Below, in pieces: positions 56,235 to 64,000 of a stretch of 64,000 bases of DNA; position 1 is the first letter of the stretch; each line of letters starts with the position of its first letter. The notes under the pieces were generated by a model, which ran no database searches, was not told where the DNA came from, and saw only the letters and a list, made by a program, of their open reading frames with translations. A program made the translations under genes and the position numbers. This stretch comes from Candidatus Falkowbacteria bacterium. GTDB lineage: Bacteria > Patescibacteriota > Patescibacteriia > XYB2-FULL-38-15. The stretch covers positions 1,038 through 65,037 of the forward strand of contig JACRNW010000001.1 in NCBI GenBank assembly GCA_016214745.1, written 5' to 3'.

Positions 56235-56239
56235 AAATC

Positions 56240-57082
56240 TTATTTTGTTTTTAAGTACTCGGCCAACGCCTCTTCCCATTTTCGGATTGGCGGAAGTTTA
56301 GTATTCAGCAATAATGAATATTTCGGCCTTTTGGCGGGCCTTGGAAATCTATCCGCGCCCACCGGTATTAATTTAACATTTTTACCGGATAATTCAAATA
56401 TTTTCTTTGCCCAGCCGTACCAGGTGCAGCCGCCTGCGTTTGTTACATGATAAATGCCAAACGGTTTTTTCCATTCAATAATTTCTCTCGTTCGCTTCGC
56501 TAAATCAGAAACGTAAGTCGGCGAACTAAATTCTTCATCAACCAATTCCAGACAATCTTTTTCTTCGGCGCATTTTATCATCACGTCAACAAAACTTTTT
56601 TTTGCTCCCTCGGTCTCTGCCTGTTTGCCAAACAACCGCGAAGTCCTGATTAAATAAAATTTTTTATTTTTCAGTTGCCGCTCACCAATCAATTTTGATT
56701 CTGCGTACACGCTCTCGGGATTCGGCTCATCATTTTCTTTATAGCCATCAATCTCTTTTCCGTCAAAAACATAATCTGTGCTGTAGTGGATTAAAGTTGC
56801 GTCTACCACGCCGGCTGCTTCCGATACATTCCCCACCGCGTAACCGTTCACTGCCAGAGCCAAATCTTTTTCTCCTTCTTCAATTTTGTCCACCGCGTTA
56901 TAAGCCGCGGCGTTAATAATAATTTCCGGTTTCAAATCGGAGATTTTTTTTCTGACATCTTCTTTCTTAGTTATATCAATTTCTTCTTTATCCCAAGAGA
57001 TAACCTCATAGCCGTTTCCGCCGAATTCTTGGACCAACTCTTGCCCCAACATTCCTTTTGCCCCGATGATTAAAACCTTCAT
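56240..57082 (-). CDS. rfbD: dTDP-4-dehydrorhamnose reductase
   Basis: MKVLIIGAKGMLGQEL...YSTDYVFDG...YAESK (YxxxK) matches the RmlD length and motifs. Confidence 0.8.
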   Translation of the reverse strand: MKVLIIGAKGMLGQELVQEFGGNGYEVISWDKEEIDITKKEDVRKKISDLKPEIIINAAAYNAVDKIEEGEKDLALAVNGYAVGNVSEAAGVVDATLIHYSTDYVFDGKEIDGYKENDEPNPESVYAESKLIGERQLKNKKFYLIRTSRLFGKQAETEGAKKSFVDVMIKCAEEKDCLELVDEEFSSPTYVSDLAKRTREIIEWKKPFGIYHVTNAGGCTWYGWAKKIFELSGKNVKLIPVGADRFPRPAKRPKYSLLLNTKLPPIRKWEEALAEYLKTK

Positions 57083-57211
57083 ATATTAAAAATTAATCTC
57101 TTTTGCTCCTTAATCCTAATAAAATACGTGTTTTTTGTCAATTTAAAAAAACACCGCTTCGGCAATGTTTGGTTGCCAAAACGGTGTGTCACCTCCTTCT
57201 CCTTGTCGCGA

Positions 57212-57430
57212 TCAGGCCGCGGCGGGCTTGCGCGCCTTCGCCGCCTTGACCATGGCGCGAAGCTCCTCGCTGCAGAGATCGTGCCAACGCGCGATGAAAT
57301 TGTCCACCTTCTCCTGCGGACAACAGCCGCCCGCTTCAGCAAGATGGATGAGCCGGACAACCTGAACCTTCTCGTGCCGAATCCTGGCCAGCTCACTGCG
57401 CCTCTTTCTGGGCTTGTGCCTTCTCGCCAT
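57212..57430 (-). CDS. small basic hypothetical protein, GC-rich
   Basis: 72 aa, MARRHKPRKRRSELARIRHEK..., high GC3. Confidence 0.35.
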   Translation of the reverse strand: MARRHKPRKRRSELARIRHEKVQVVRLIHLAEAGGCCPQEKVDNFIARWHDLCSEELRAMVKAAKARKPAAA

Positions 57431-57451
57431 AACGCGCCTCCTGCAGCCGAA

Positions 57452-58040
57452 CTACAGCCCGGCCTTGGCCAGAGCCGCGAGCGACCGACCGTCGGTGGAC
57501 TGCCTCCGGAACTCGTCCGGGGTCATGCCCTCCGCATCCGGGAAGTCGGCGTTCACGAAGGTAGACGGCGATCACGCCCGCAATGCGCTGAGGATTCGAC
57601 TCGAAGAAGTTCGAATCGTAGAAGTTGCCGACGAGCTTGCCCTTGTCGGCCAATTCGCCCTTGGAGATACTGGACGGCCTGAGCTCCAAAACCTCGCCGT
57701 TCAGGCCCTTGGTCCTTCGCACCCGCACCCGCGGCGCGCCGTATCTGTTCATCTCGATCACGACGTGGCCCACGACGCGCGGACTGCCGTCCTCGGGCGG
57801 CGGGACATTCGGCTCTTCGTAGAGCGCGATCTGTCCCCAACCGCCGCGATCCACGTAGCGGGCGTCGTGGAACTTGCCGTCACCTCGACCACTTCGACCC
57901 GTCGCCGGGTCGAAGCACCAAAGCTCGGCGGCCTTGCCTCCGCCGATCTTGGCGCCGCGCACGTCATCGGGTTCGAGACAGACGACGACATTCTCGCCCA
58001 GACGCCTTTGCGCCTCTTCCAACGTGATGATCTCCGGCAT
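57452..58040 (-). pseudogene. GC-rich hypothetical gene with apparent frameshift near 57545..57575
   Basis: A strong SD (AAGGAAGGAGAGGAG) precedes ATG 58040 (MPEIITLEEAQRRL...). A high-GC3 frame runs to ~57560, where GC3 signal switches to another frame that ends ...TFVNADFPDAEGMTPDEFRRQSTDGRSLAALAKAGL* at 57452. The tail of the track ORF (57393..) is an Arg/Gly-rich off-frame readthrough. Confidence 0.45.
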
Positions 58041-58165
58041 CTCTCCTCTCCTTCCTTGAAGCCCCCTTGGCTTCTTGTTGATATTGATAAGATTAAAGTA
58101 AAAAATTAAAAATGTCAAGAATCAAAAAGCGGCCTTGCGGCCGCTTGCTTTTTATTTAATATTTT

Positions 58166-58354
58166 TTATTTTTCTTTCTCTTTTGGATGCAAAAGATTAT
58201 GTAATTTTCTTAATGCTTGCGTTCTCTGTTCTGGTGTACCGCGTTCTGCCAACTTTTGTAATTCGGCAATCCGCCGTTGTTTCTCCGCCAATTCTGCCTC
58301 AGTCCGCTTTTTTTCTTCAAGCGCCGCCGCAAATTGTGATTCTTGTTCTCCCAT
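58166..58354 (-). CDS. small coiled-coil hypothetical protein, GC-rich
   Basis: 62 aa, E/K/R/Q-rich. Confidence 0.35.
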   Translation of the reverse strand: MGEQESQFAAALEEKKRTEAELAEKQRRIAELQKLAERGTPEQRTQALRKLHNLLHPKEKEK

Positions 58355-58392
58355 ATTTTTATAATTATCTTGAGTTACGAACGATTCACTTT

Positions 58393-58520
58393 CCCCTCCC
58401 TCGACGGGAGGGGATTAAGGGGAGGGTGGCAAAGCTAATATTTTCACCCTCACCCCTGCCCGCAACGCCAGCGCTAGCGTGGCAGGCGGGCCAACCCTCT
58501 TCCGTCAAGGGAGAGGGGGC
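58393..58520. other. block of four consecutive GC-rich hairpins including a G-quadruplex-type motif
   Basis: CCCCTCCCtcgacGGGAGGGG, then GGGGAGGGTG...CACCCTCACCCC, then GCCCGC...GCGGGC (with inner AGCGCTAGCGT), then CCCTCTtccgtcaaGGGAGAGGG. The plus strand carries GGGAGGGGATTAAGGGGAGGGTGG (G3-4 x4). Confidence 0.45.
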
Positions 58521-58933
58521 ATCTTTTGATAATAAGGGCTCGCTTTCTTAAATTCTTCGTAGTCCTCAATATAATCGCTCCGATCTGGGTTATAGTTAGT
58601 AGATGATAATGCTAAGAGCACCGCGTCAGGAGAAAAATCTTTAAAATGGTGCCAAACAAAATTCGGAACGTAGATCGCGCCGGTCGGTCCGACGAGCGGA
58701 ATTTCTTCAAGACCTTGGCCTTTATCAATCACTGCTAAGCAACTTCCCTGAATCAAAACAAAAAATTCTTCTTCAACTTTATGACAATGCGCGCCGGTCG
58801 GAGCCGCGGGTTTCGTAATAAAATAAACTCGCTTCACTTCAAAATCAATATAATCTTTCAGTTCCACCGGACTCATCACGAATTTTGGCGTGTCAACTTT
58901 TTTTAGTTCAAAAACTTTAAATTCTTTTGCCAT
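58505..58933 (-). CDS. cupin-fold sugar 3,4-ketoisomerase-like protein (FdtA/WxcM C-terminal domain family)
   Basis: 142 aa. KRVYFITKPAAPTGAHCHKVEEEFFVLIQGSC resembles the FdtA RG.HAHK region. It is not RmlC (no RGLHFQ-type motif). Confidence 0.55.
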   Translation of the reverse strand: MAKEFKVFELKKVDTPKFVMSPVELKDYIDFEVKRVYFITKPAAPTGAHCHKVEEEFFVLIQGSCLAVIDKGQGLEEIPLVGPTGAIYVPNFVWHHFKDFSPDAVLLALSSTNYNPDRSDYIEDYEEFKKASPYYQKMPPLP

Positions 58934-58937
58934 AATT

Positions 58938-59951
58938 TTATTTGATATGCGGATTCAATTCTTCTTTTCGCTTTTGCAATTTTTCTACCCATTCTTTATT
59001 CGCCAAATACCATTCCACTGTTTCCTTTAAACCCTGTTCAAATTTATCGCGGCTATATTTTGGTTGCCAGCCTAACGCTAAAATTTTTGAGGCATCAATA
59101 GCATAACGACGATCATGGCCCGGCCGGTCAGTCACATGTTCAATCATCTCTTCTCCCTTGCCCATGATTTTCAACATCATTTTTGTAACTTCCATATTGC
59201 TGCGTTCGTTGTCCACGCCAATGTTATAAACTTCACCCGCGACGCCTTTATGGAGTAATAAATCCAGAGCGGCGGCGTGGTCAGTCACGTGAATCCAGTC
59301 ACGGACATAAAGTCCGTCGCCGTAAACTGGAACTTTTTGGTTATTTATCAAACGAAAAATAAAAAATGGAATTATTTTTTCGGGAAATTGGTATGGCCCG
59401 TAATTATTGGAGCAATGAGTTACGACGACCGGAACTTTATGCGTCACAAAATATGCATTGCACATTAAATCTCCACCAGCCTTGGCCGCGGCATAAGGCA
59501 TATTTGGCCAGATCGGGGTCGCCTCCGTGAATTTTCTATCTTCATCAAGTCCGAGCGCACCGTAAACTTCATCAGTTGAAACATTAACAAACTTTTCTAT
59601 ATTATTGGCTCGCACCGCATCCAAAATCATCTGCACGCCCAAAGTATTAGTCATAACAAAATCTTTGCAGCCGCCGTGGATTGAGCGGTCAACATGAGTT
59701 TCTGCGGCAAAATTTATGACATGTGTAATTTGATGTTCTTTAATAACCTGGTTTAATTTTTCTAAATCGCAAATATCACCCTGAACAAAAATATAGTTCT
59801 GATTTTTTTCTACATCACGTAAATTATCTAAATTTCCAGCGTAAGTCAGCTTATCATAATTTACGATTTTATAATCCGGATATTTTTGGAGCATTTGCCG
59901 GACAAAGTTTGAACCAATAAACCCCGCCCCGCCACAAACCAATAAATTCAT
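58938..59951 (-). CDS. rfbB: dTDP-glucose 4,6-dehydratase
   Basis: MNLLVCGGAGFIGSNFV...YAAAKAGGD (YxxxK)...HVTDRPGHDRRYAID. Confidence 0.9.
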   Translation of the reverse strand: MNLLVCGGAGFIGSNFVRQMLQKYPDYKIVNYDKLTYAGNLDNLRDVEKNQNYIFVQGDICDLEKLNQVIKEHQITHVINFAAETHVDRSIHGGCKDFVMTNTLGVQMILDAVRANNIEKFVNVSTDEVYGALGLDEDRKFTEATPIWPNMPYAAAKAGGDLMCNAYFVTHKVPVVVTHCSNNYGPYQFPEKIIPFFIFRLINNQKVPVYGDGLYVRDWIHVTDHAAALDLLLHKGVAGEVYNIGVDNERSNMEVTKMMLKIMGKGEEMIEHVTDRPGHDRRYAIDASKILALGWQPKYSRDKFEQGLKETVEWYLANKEWVEKLQKRKEELNPHIK

Positions 59952-59961
59952 ATTTATTCCA

Positions 59962-60495
59962 TTATTTTATAAAATATTTTCTCGCCATTGCCCAGGCGGC
60001 CAGAACTTGCCCATCCCAAATTTCATTTGTTTCTATCATTTTATCAATCTCTTCCGGTGTCTTGAACAAAATTTCAATCTCCTCTGTCTCGTCAGGATGA
60101 CTCTCTGTTTTTTCTAACTTCTTGGCTAAAAATACTTTTATCATCTCGTCAACCAATCCCTTACAAGAAGCCATTTCGCCAACAAAACTCAATTCACCTA
60201 TTTTGTAGCCAGCCTCCTCTTCAAGTTCGATTCGAGCGGCCTCTTCATAAGATTGATTTTCTTTCAGTCCACCGATAGGGAACTCTATGTTTTCTCGTTT
60301 AAAAAGATAACGCCACTGTTTAGTCATAATAATACGCCCGTCATCTAAAACAGGAATCACCGAAGCGCCACCATTCGTGTGCATATAATAGTAATCCCCT
60401 TCTTTACCCTTCGGCAAGACGTACTTTTCGTGTCTGTATGTCCACCACGGATTTTTGTGCAAAATTTCTTCACTTAATTTTTCCCACTTTTTCAT
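59962..60495 (-). CDS. NUDIX hydrolase (ADP-ribose pyrophosphatase-like)
   Basis: Nudix box GGLKENQSYEEAARIELEEEAGY. Confidence 0.75.
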   Translation of the reverse strand: MKKWEKLSEEILHKNPWWTYRHEKYVLPKGKEGDYYYMHTNGGASVIPVLDDGRIIMTKQWRYLFKRENIEFPIGGLKENQSYEEAARIELEEEAGYKIGELSFVGEMASCKGLVDEMIKVFLAKKLEKTESHPDETEEIEILFKTPEEIDKMIETNEIWDGQVLAAWAMARKYFIK

Positions 60496-60899
60496 ACAAT
60501 TTCTTTTCTAATTTTTTCTCCGATCTCCGCCATCTCGCCTTGTTTGTATTCTTTTCTCGACCAAGGCTCGAGCCCGTCGTCCGGAAAACGCGGAATAATG
60601 TGCCAATGCAAATGCGGAACAATCTGGCCGGCCACCGCGCCGTTATTCTGCCCGACGTTAAAACCCTTGAGATCAAATGCGCGGGTTATGCCCCATGCCA
60701 CTTTTTTAATCGTAAGCATTATTTCTTTCAAAATTTCCTCGCCGCCATCAAGCAAATTTTCAAAATGCTCTTTGGGCACGACCAACGTATGGCCGTGATT
60801 TACCGGATTAATATCCAAAAAAGCCACCACTTTATGGTTTTCATAAACTTTAACCGAGGGAATTTCGCCTCTGATAATTTTACAAAAAATACAATCCAT
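60492..60899 (-). CDS. HIT-family (histidine triad) nucleotide hydrolase
   Basis: MDCIFCKIIRGEIP...VNHGHTLVVP...VPHLHWHIIPR (HxHxHxx). Confidence 0.85.
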   Translation of the reverse strand: MDCIFCKIIRGEIPSVKVYENHKVVAFLDINPVNHGHTLVVPKEHFENLLDGGEEILKEIMLTIKKVAWGITRAFDLKGFNVGQNNGAVAGQIVPHLHWHIIPRFPDDGLEPWSRKEYKQGEMAEIGEKIRKEIV

Positions 60900-60902
60900 A
60901 AT

Positions 60903-60956
60903 CCTAAGGATCGTAAGGATCCTAAAGATCTTAAGGATCCTTGGGATCGCGACGAT
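60903..60956. repeat. tandem 9-bp repeat (6 units, consensus CCTAAGGAT) immediately upstream of HIT start
   Basis: cctaaggat cgtaaggat cctaaagat cttaaggat ccttgggat cgcgacgat. It contains GGATCC/GATC palindromes. Confidence 0.6.
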
Positions 60957-60965
60957 CTATATTTA

Positions 60966-61157
60966 TTATTTTATTTTCCCAAATAGTACTGTCAGAATAC
61001 CAGAAACTAACGGAATTATCAAGAGTAAACTGAAGCTGATGTAAAAACTGACAAAACCTGGCTCAAACCATTCAAAAATGCCAAAAACAATCAGCGTGAT
61101 AAAAGAAATCACAAATGCGTCTCTAAAAATTTTATAAAAAAATTCTTTTATCGTCAT
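60966..61157 (-). CDS. small membrane protein, hypothetical
   Basis: 63 aa, 2 TM helices. Confidence 0.4.
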   Translation of the reverse strand: MTIKEFFYKIFRDAFVISFITLIVFGIFEWFEPGFVSFYISFSLLLIIPLVSGILTVLFGKIK

Positions 61158-61747
61158 AAAATTTCATTTAACCGCCGAACTATTTCGTCCAAAATTTTAT
61201 TGGCTATTTCTTTTTCAGTCATTGGTTTGCAAATAAAAAGCGCTCTGATTTTATAAATCAGAATATCGCCGGTTTGTAGCCCCGGCGCGGAAAAACCAAA
61301 CCTGAACTTTTTTCCTTCCGGAGAAAGCTTTCCCAATTCAAAAATTTCAGTTTTTGTTTGCAGGGCGCCCGCGGTCGGCGGCAATTCGCGAAAATCAAAA
61401 GTCCAGGCGTCTTTATTTGCGAGGCCGCCGAATTTTATCGGCACATCGGCTGAATTTTTATATTTTATCGTGACGGCCACTTTTTCAAAATTACTGTTTG
61501 GGCTCAAATCAAAATAAACTGGTTCAGAAAGCAGCGTCCGATAACTTTCGCCATCAATATCTTCCTCTGCCCCGGAAACTCTATCTTTCGGATAAAGTTT
61601 AGAAATAAATGGCGACTCACGCCGCATATCATAAACTGCTTCCATTTTTCCGCTCGGCGAAATCGCTTTCACGGTGAGCCAGCCCAAAATGATAATGGGA
61701 ATGAAAATCAAAATAACGCGGATAAATTTATGCCAAAAAGAAAGCAT
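61154..61747 (-). CDS. membrane-anchored hypothetical protein
   Basis: 197 aa, N-terminal TM helix, 4-nt overlaps with both neighbours. Confidence 0.45.
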   Translation of the reverse strand: MLSFWHKFIRVILIFIPIIILGWLTVKAISPSGKMEAVYDMRRESPFISKLYPKDRVSGAEEDIDGESYRTLLSEPVYFDLSPNSNFEKVAVTIKYKNSADVPIKFGGLANKDAWTFDFRELPPTAGALQTKTEIFELGKLSPEGKKFRFGFSAPGLQTGDILIYKIRALFICKPMTEKEIANKILDEIVRRLNEIL

Positions 61748-61750
61748 AAT

Positions 61751-63376
61751 CTATTTTAAATATTTCAATTGATAAAGCGATTCCGCTCCAAAATTTTTTA
61801 TTTCAATTATTTTTATTTCTTCTTTATTAATTCTGCCATCATAAAGATAATCCATTTCTTTTTCCGTCAAAGGCAGGCCATAATAATAAAGCGGCAAAAT
61901 TTTCGCGAGTTCGGGAATCAGGGCGTAAGTGCTATCATCGCGGAGCGGCGAGACAACCCTGTGTTCTGGAAAAAATATCTTATCGGCGCGATCAACAATA
62001 ATCACTGCCTCGGAAGGAATAAACAAATCTACCGATTTGGCGATCGCGGCGTAATCGTGCACGTTTTTATAAACATAAGCCAATCCGTCATTTTTATCAA
62101 AAAAAGTTAATTTCACCCCAAAAAGAATAAAAATTAAACAAAGAACTGCGGCAAAAAGTTTTTGTTTTAGGGGACGGATAAAATCAACTAATTTTATAAG
62201 GGTAAACGCGACGAGCGGCAATGATAAAATATAAATTGGCAACCAATACCGAACGTAAGAAGTTCCGATTGACGCTTCCTTGGCCGGGTTATCATAAAAA
62301 AACCAACTGCCGTAATATAAAAATAAAAATAGAGAAACAAATCCGCCGACCAGCAAATAAATTTTTATTTTTTTATCCAATTTCCCGGCAATTAATCTTT
62401 TGATAAAAACCGCCACGCTGAAAGCCGCAGGAATAGCGAACCACCAAAACATCCCGACAAAATAAGTGGAAAAATTTTTCAAAACATTTTTAATTTCAAG
62501 ACCAAAGGGAAAAATGAATTTCGCGGCCGAAACAAGCCATGCCGCCCCGCCGCCCGCCGGACTCCCCTCACCCAAATTATAAGCGGTAGTAAGCGGCTCG
62601 CCGTAAATTGTCCGGTTGTAAATAAAAATAGGAATAAAAGCTATGCCAGCGGAGAGAATAAAAATAATCAATTCGGACCATTTTACATTTTTTCTATAAA
62701 TTAAAAATAATATAAAGAGCGCTGCGCCAACCCAAATTATTTCCGACAACCTGACGGTTAATGCCAAACCAAAAAATAATCCGGCTAAAATATAATCAAG
62801 ATAATTTAATACCAACGTCTTAGACTTTTTATGTCCGACTAGAAAATAAAATCCTGCCAGGATTAGCGAAACAAATAAAATGTTTGGGAAGAGACCGCGG
62901 CTCGCATAATACCAAAAAGCCGGATGGACCAAAAACAAAAATGATGACCAAAGAGCAACCCGCCGGTCAAAGATATTTTTCACAATTCCATAAAAACAAA
63001 AAACCGCCGCACTGGCGAAAAATGGCGTGAGCCACCAAACTACCCCCAAAGTAAAAATTTTCGCGAGCCATCCATAAATCAAAATTAATCCCAAAAAACT
63101 CCCGGGCACAAGATATCCGCCGACTACCGCAATACTTCGCGGATGAATCATTCCGCCAGTTGTAAGATTCAGCGGCTCAAAAACTTTAAGCGTTCCGCTC
63201 ACGACGTAATTTTTTATGAAAAAATAATTAGCCGCCTCATCCGGCGAATTGAATTTTGCCGTCGCAGCCGCGGTCCCCAAATAAAACCAAGAATAAATAA
63301 AGAAAAAAATAACGGCAAAAAAAATCAGCGCCGTTTCCGCCCTATTTCCCTTTATCCATTTTGTGATAGAATACAT
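61751..63376 (-). CDS. polytopic membrane glycosyltransferase, GT39/ArnT (PMT_2)-like
   Basis: 541 aa, about 12 TM helices, N-terminal ...FNSPDEAANYFF..., a typical ArnT/PMT family architecture. Confidence 0.55.
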   Translation of the reverse strand: MYSITKWIKGNRAETALIFFAVIFFFIYSWFYLGTAAATAKFNSPDEAANYFFIKNYVVSGTLKVFEPLNLTTGGMIHPRSIAVVGGYLVPGSFLGLILIYGWLAKIFTLGVVWWLTPFFASAAVFCFYGIVKNIFDRRVALWSSFLFLVHPAFWYYASRGLFPNILFVSLILAGFYFLVGHKKSKTLVLNYLDYILAGLFFGLALTVRLSEIIWVGAALFILFLIYRKNVKWSELIIFILSAGIAFIPIFIYNRTIYGEPLTTAYNLGEGSPAGGGAAWLVSAAKFIFPFGLEIKNVLKNFSTYFVGMFWWFAIPAAFSVAVFIKRLIAGKLDKKIKIYLLVGGFVSLFLFLYYGSWFFYDNPAKEASIGTSYVRYWLPIYILSLPLVAFTLIKLVDFIRPLKQKLFAAVLCLIFILFGVKLTFFDKNDGLAYVYKNVHDYAAIAKSVDLFIPSEAVIIVDRADKIFFPEHRVVSPLRDDSTYALIPELAKILPLYYYGLPLTEKEMDYLYDGRINKEEIKIIEIKNFGAESLYQLKYLK

Positions 63377-63384
63377 AAATAAAT

Positions 63385-64000
63385 ATGACCCTCAGATTAC
63401 CTTATTGTATCATCATTTCTTTGATTTTAATAGTCGGCTTGCTCGGCAATTTTTTCCTTTGGGAAAGCACGTTACTCGGCCTGACTTTCGGCCCGGCCTA
63501 TCTAATTTTTTACGGATTTTTGCTCGGCTTTATCCTCTTTCGCGCCCGGCCTGATCTTTTTAAATTTCTCTACGGACTTTTATTTTTTCTCGCCGGCCTT
63601 TCGCTTTTCGGCGCCCTAATTTACTTTTTTTATAAATTAAACACCCTGGCGCTTGGAACGCTTGTGCTTTTGCCGCCATTCGTGATTCTCCCATTTCTAC
63701 GTTTTGGCAATCATCCCGAATCAGAAAAACATTTTAATCCTCTTCAAATCAATCCTCACATTTTACGAACCACTCTGCTTCTGGCCGTTTTTATTTTTTT
63801 GACGATTTTAAATTTACGCCATCTCTTGGCCGCCGGAACAGTTGAAGCGATCCGCACTCCCTGGAAAATTTTGCCTTTTGATTTTTTTATAAATTACTTT
63901 GTCGCTACTCTTGCCCTCCTATACTTTGTTTTAAAAAGTCAAAAAGAAGGACTAAACTTAATTTTAATCTCCGTTCACACTTTTTTAACGGTCGCCCTCG
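63385..64000 (+). CDS. integral membrane protein, N-terminal 205 codons (runs past window end)
   Basis: ATG 63385 opens a frame that continues without a stop to the end of the window. Hydrophobic helices throughout (MTLRLPYCIIISLILIVGLL...). Confidence 0.5.
   Translation, partial: MTLRLPYCIIISLILIVGLLGNFFLWESTLLGLTFGPAYLIFYGFLLGFILFRARPDLFKFLYGLLFFLAGLSLFGALIYFFYKLNTLALGTLVLLPPFVILPFLRFGNHPESEKHFNPLQINPHILRTTLLLAVFIFLTILNLRHLLAAGTVEAIRTPWKILPFDFFINYFVATLALLYFVLKSQKEGLNLILISVHTFLTVAL

Noticed and set aside
57079-58118. Multiple overlapping Arg/Pro/Gly-rich ORFs on both strands in the GC-rich island
   Set aside because: Only the frames with high GC3 and a strong SD (57452..58040 and 57212..57430) were kept. 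The others are alternative-frame artefacts of high-GC sequence.
60903-60956. Possible CRISPR array
   Set aside because: The units are 9 bp with no spacers. No cas genes or repeat-spacer architecture occur anywhere in the window.

Overview
The window has about 38% GC and is gene-dense, with almost all genes on the minus strand. Its style fits a Patescibacteria/CPR-type bacterium: many small proteins, a four-helix-bundle 'IVS' gene inserted between ftsE and ftsX, DUF4012-like and translin-like genes, and weak Shine-Dalgarno sequences on native genes. The backbone includes the following gene groups. (1) Cell envelope and division: a partial GT4 gene, mreB, three GT2 genes, ftsX/ftsE, an FtsB-like gene, and a fragmented dcw cluster (MurE-like, murD, murG, ftsW, mraY, murA). 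(2) Fe-S assembly: iscS, nfu, iscU. (3) pyrG, rplI and rpmA. (4) A dTDP-sugar cluster: a RmlA-like gene, rfbD, a FdtA-like cupin gene, rfbB, plus NUDIX and HIT genes. Five tRNAs were found by eye: Gln-UUG, a nested pair of Gly-CCC sequences, Thr-CGU and Lys-UUU. Each is followed by a direct copy of its own 3' end. Three of the loci carry a GC-rich hairpin element between the tRNA and the copy, and two of those elements are homologous with compensatory stem changes. The strongest candidate for a new system is at 40751..50675 (minus strand). It is a single PPDK_N ATP-grasp gene followed by five tandem paralogous genes of about 500 aa. Each paralog combines a divergent helical N-terminal domain with a C-terminal PEP-utilising phosphohistidine swivel domain (GGxT[SC]HAAI). 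This looks like a split, diversified rifampin-phosphotransferase-like system. A GC-rich histidine-phosphatase gene and a GIY-YIG gene are inserted within it. Other notable content follows. A Y1 transposase of the REP-associated tyrosine transposase (RAYT) type, flanked by inverted REP-like hairpins, sits between ftsW and murG. There are at least two families of long AT-rich palindromic intergenic repeats. Five or six isolated genes of about 60% GC, each with a strong GGAGG Shine-Dalgarno (GGDEF cyclase, CDP-alcohol phosphatidyltransferase, histidine phosphatase, hypotheticals), are scattered through the AT-rich backbone. One of them is frameshifted, and a G4-forming GC hairpin block lies nearby. 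All calls rest on manual reading of the ORF track and sequence, and family assignments come from motif recognition, not database searches.
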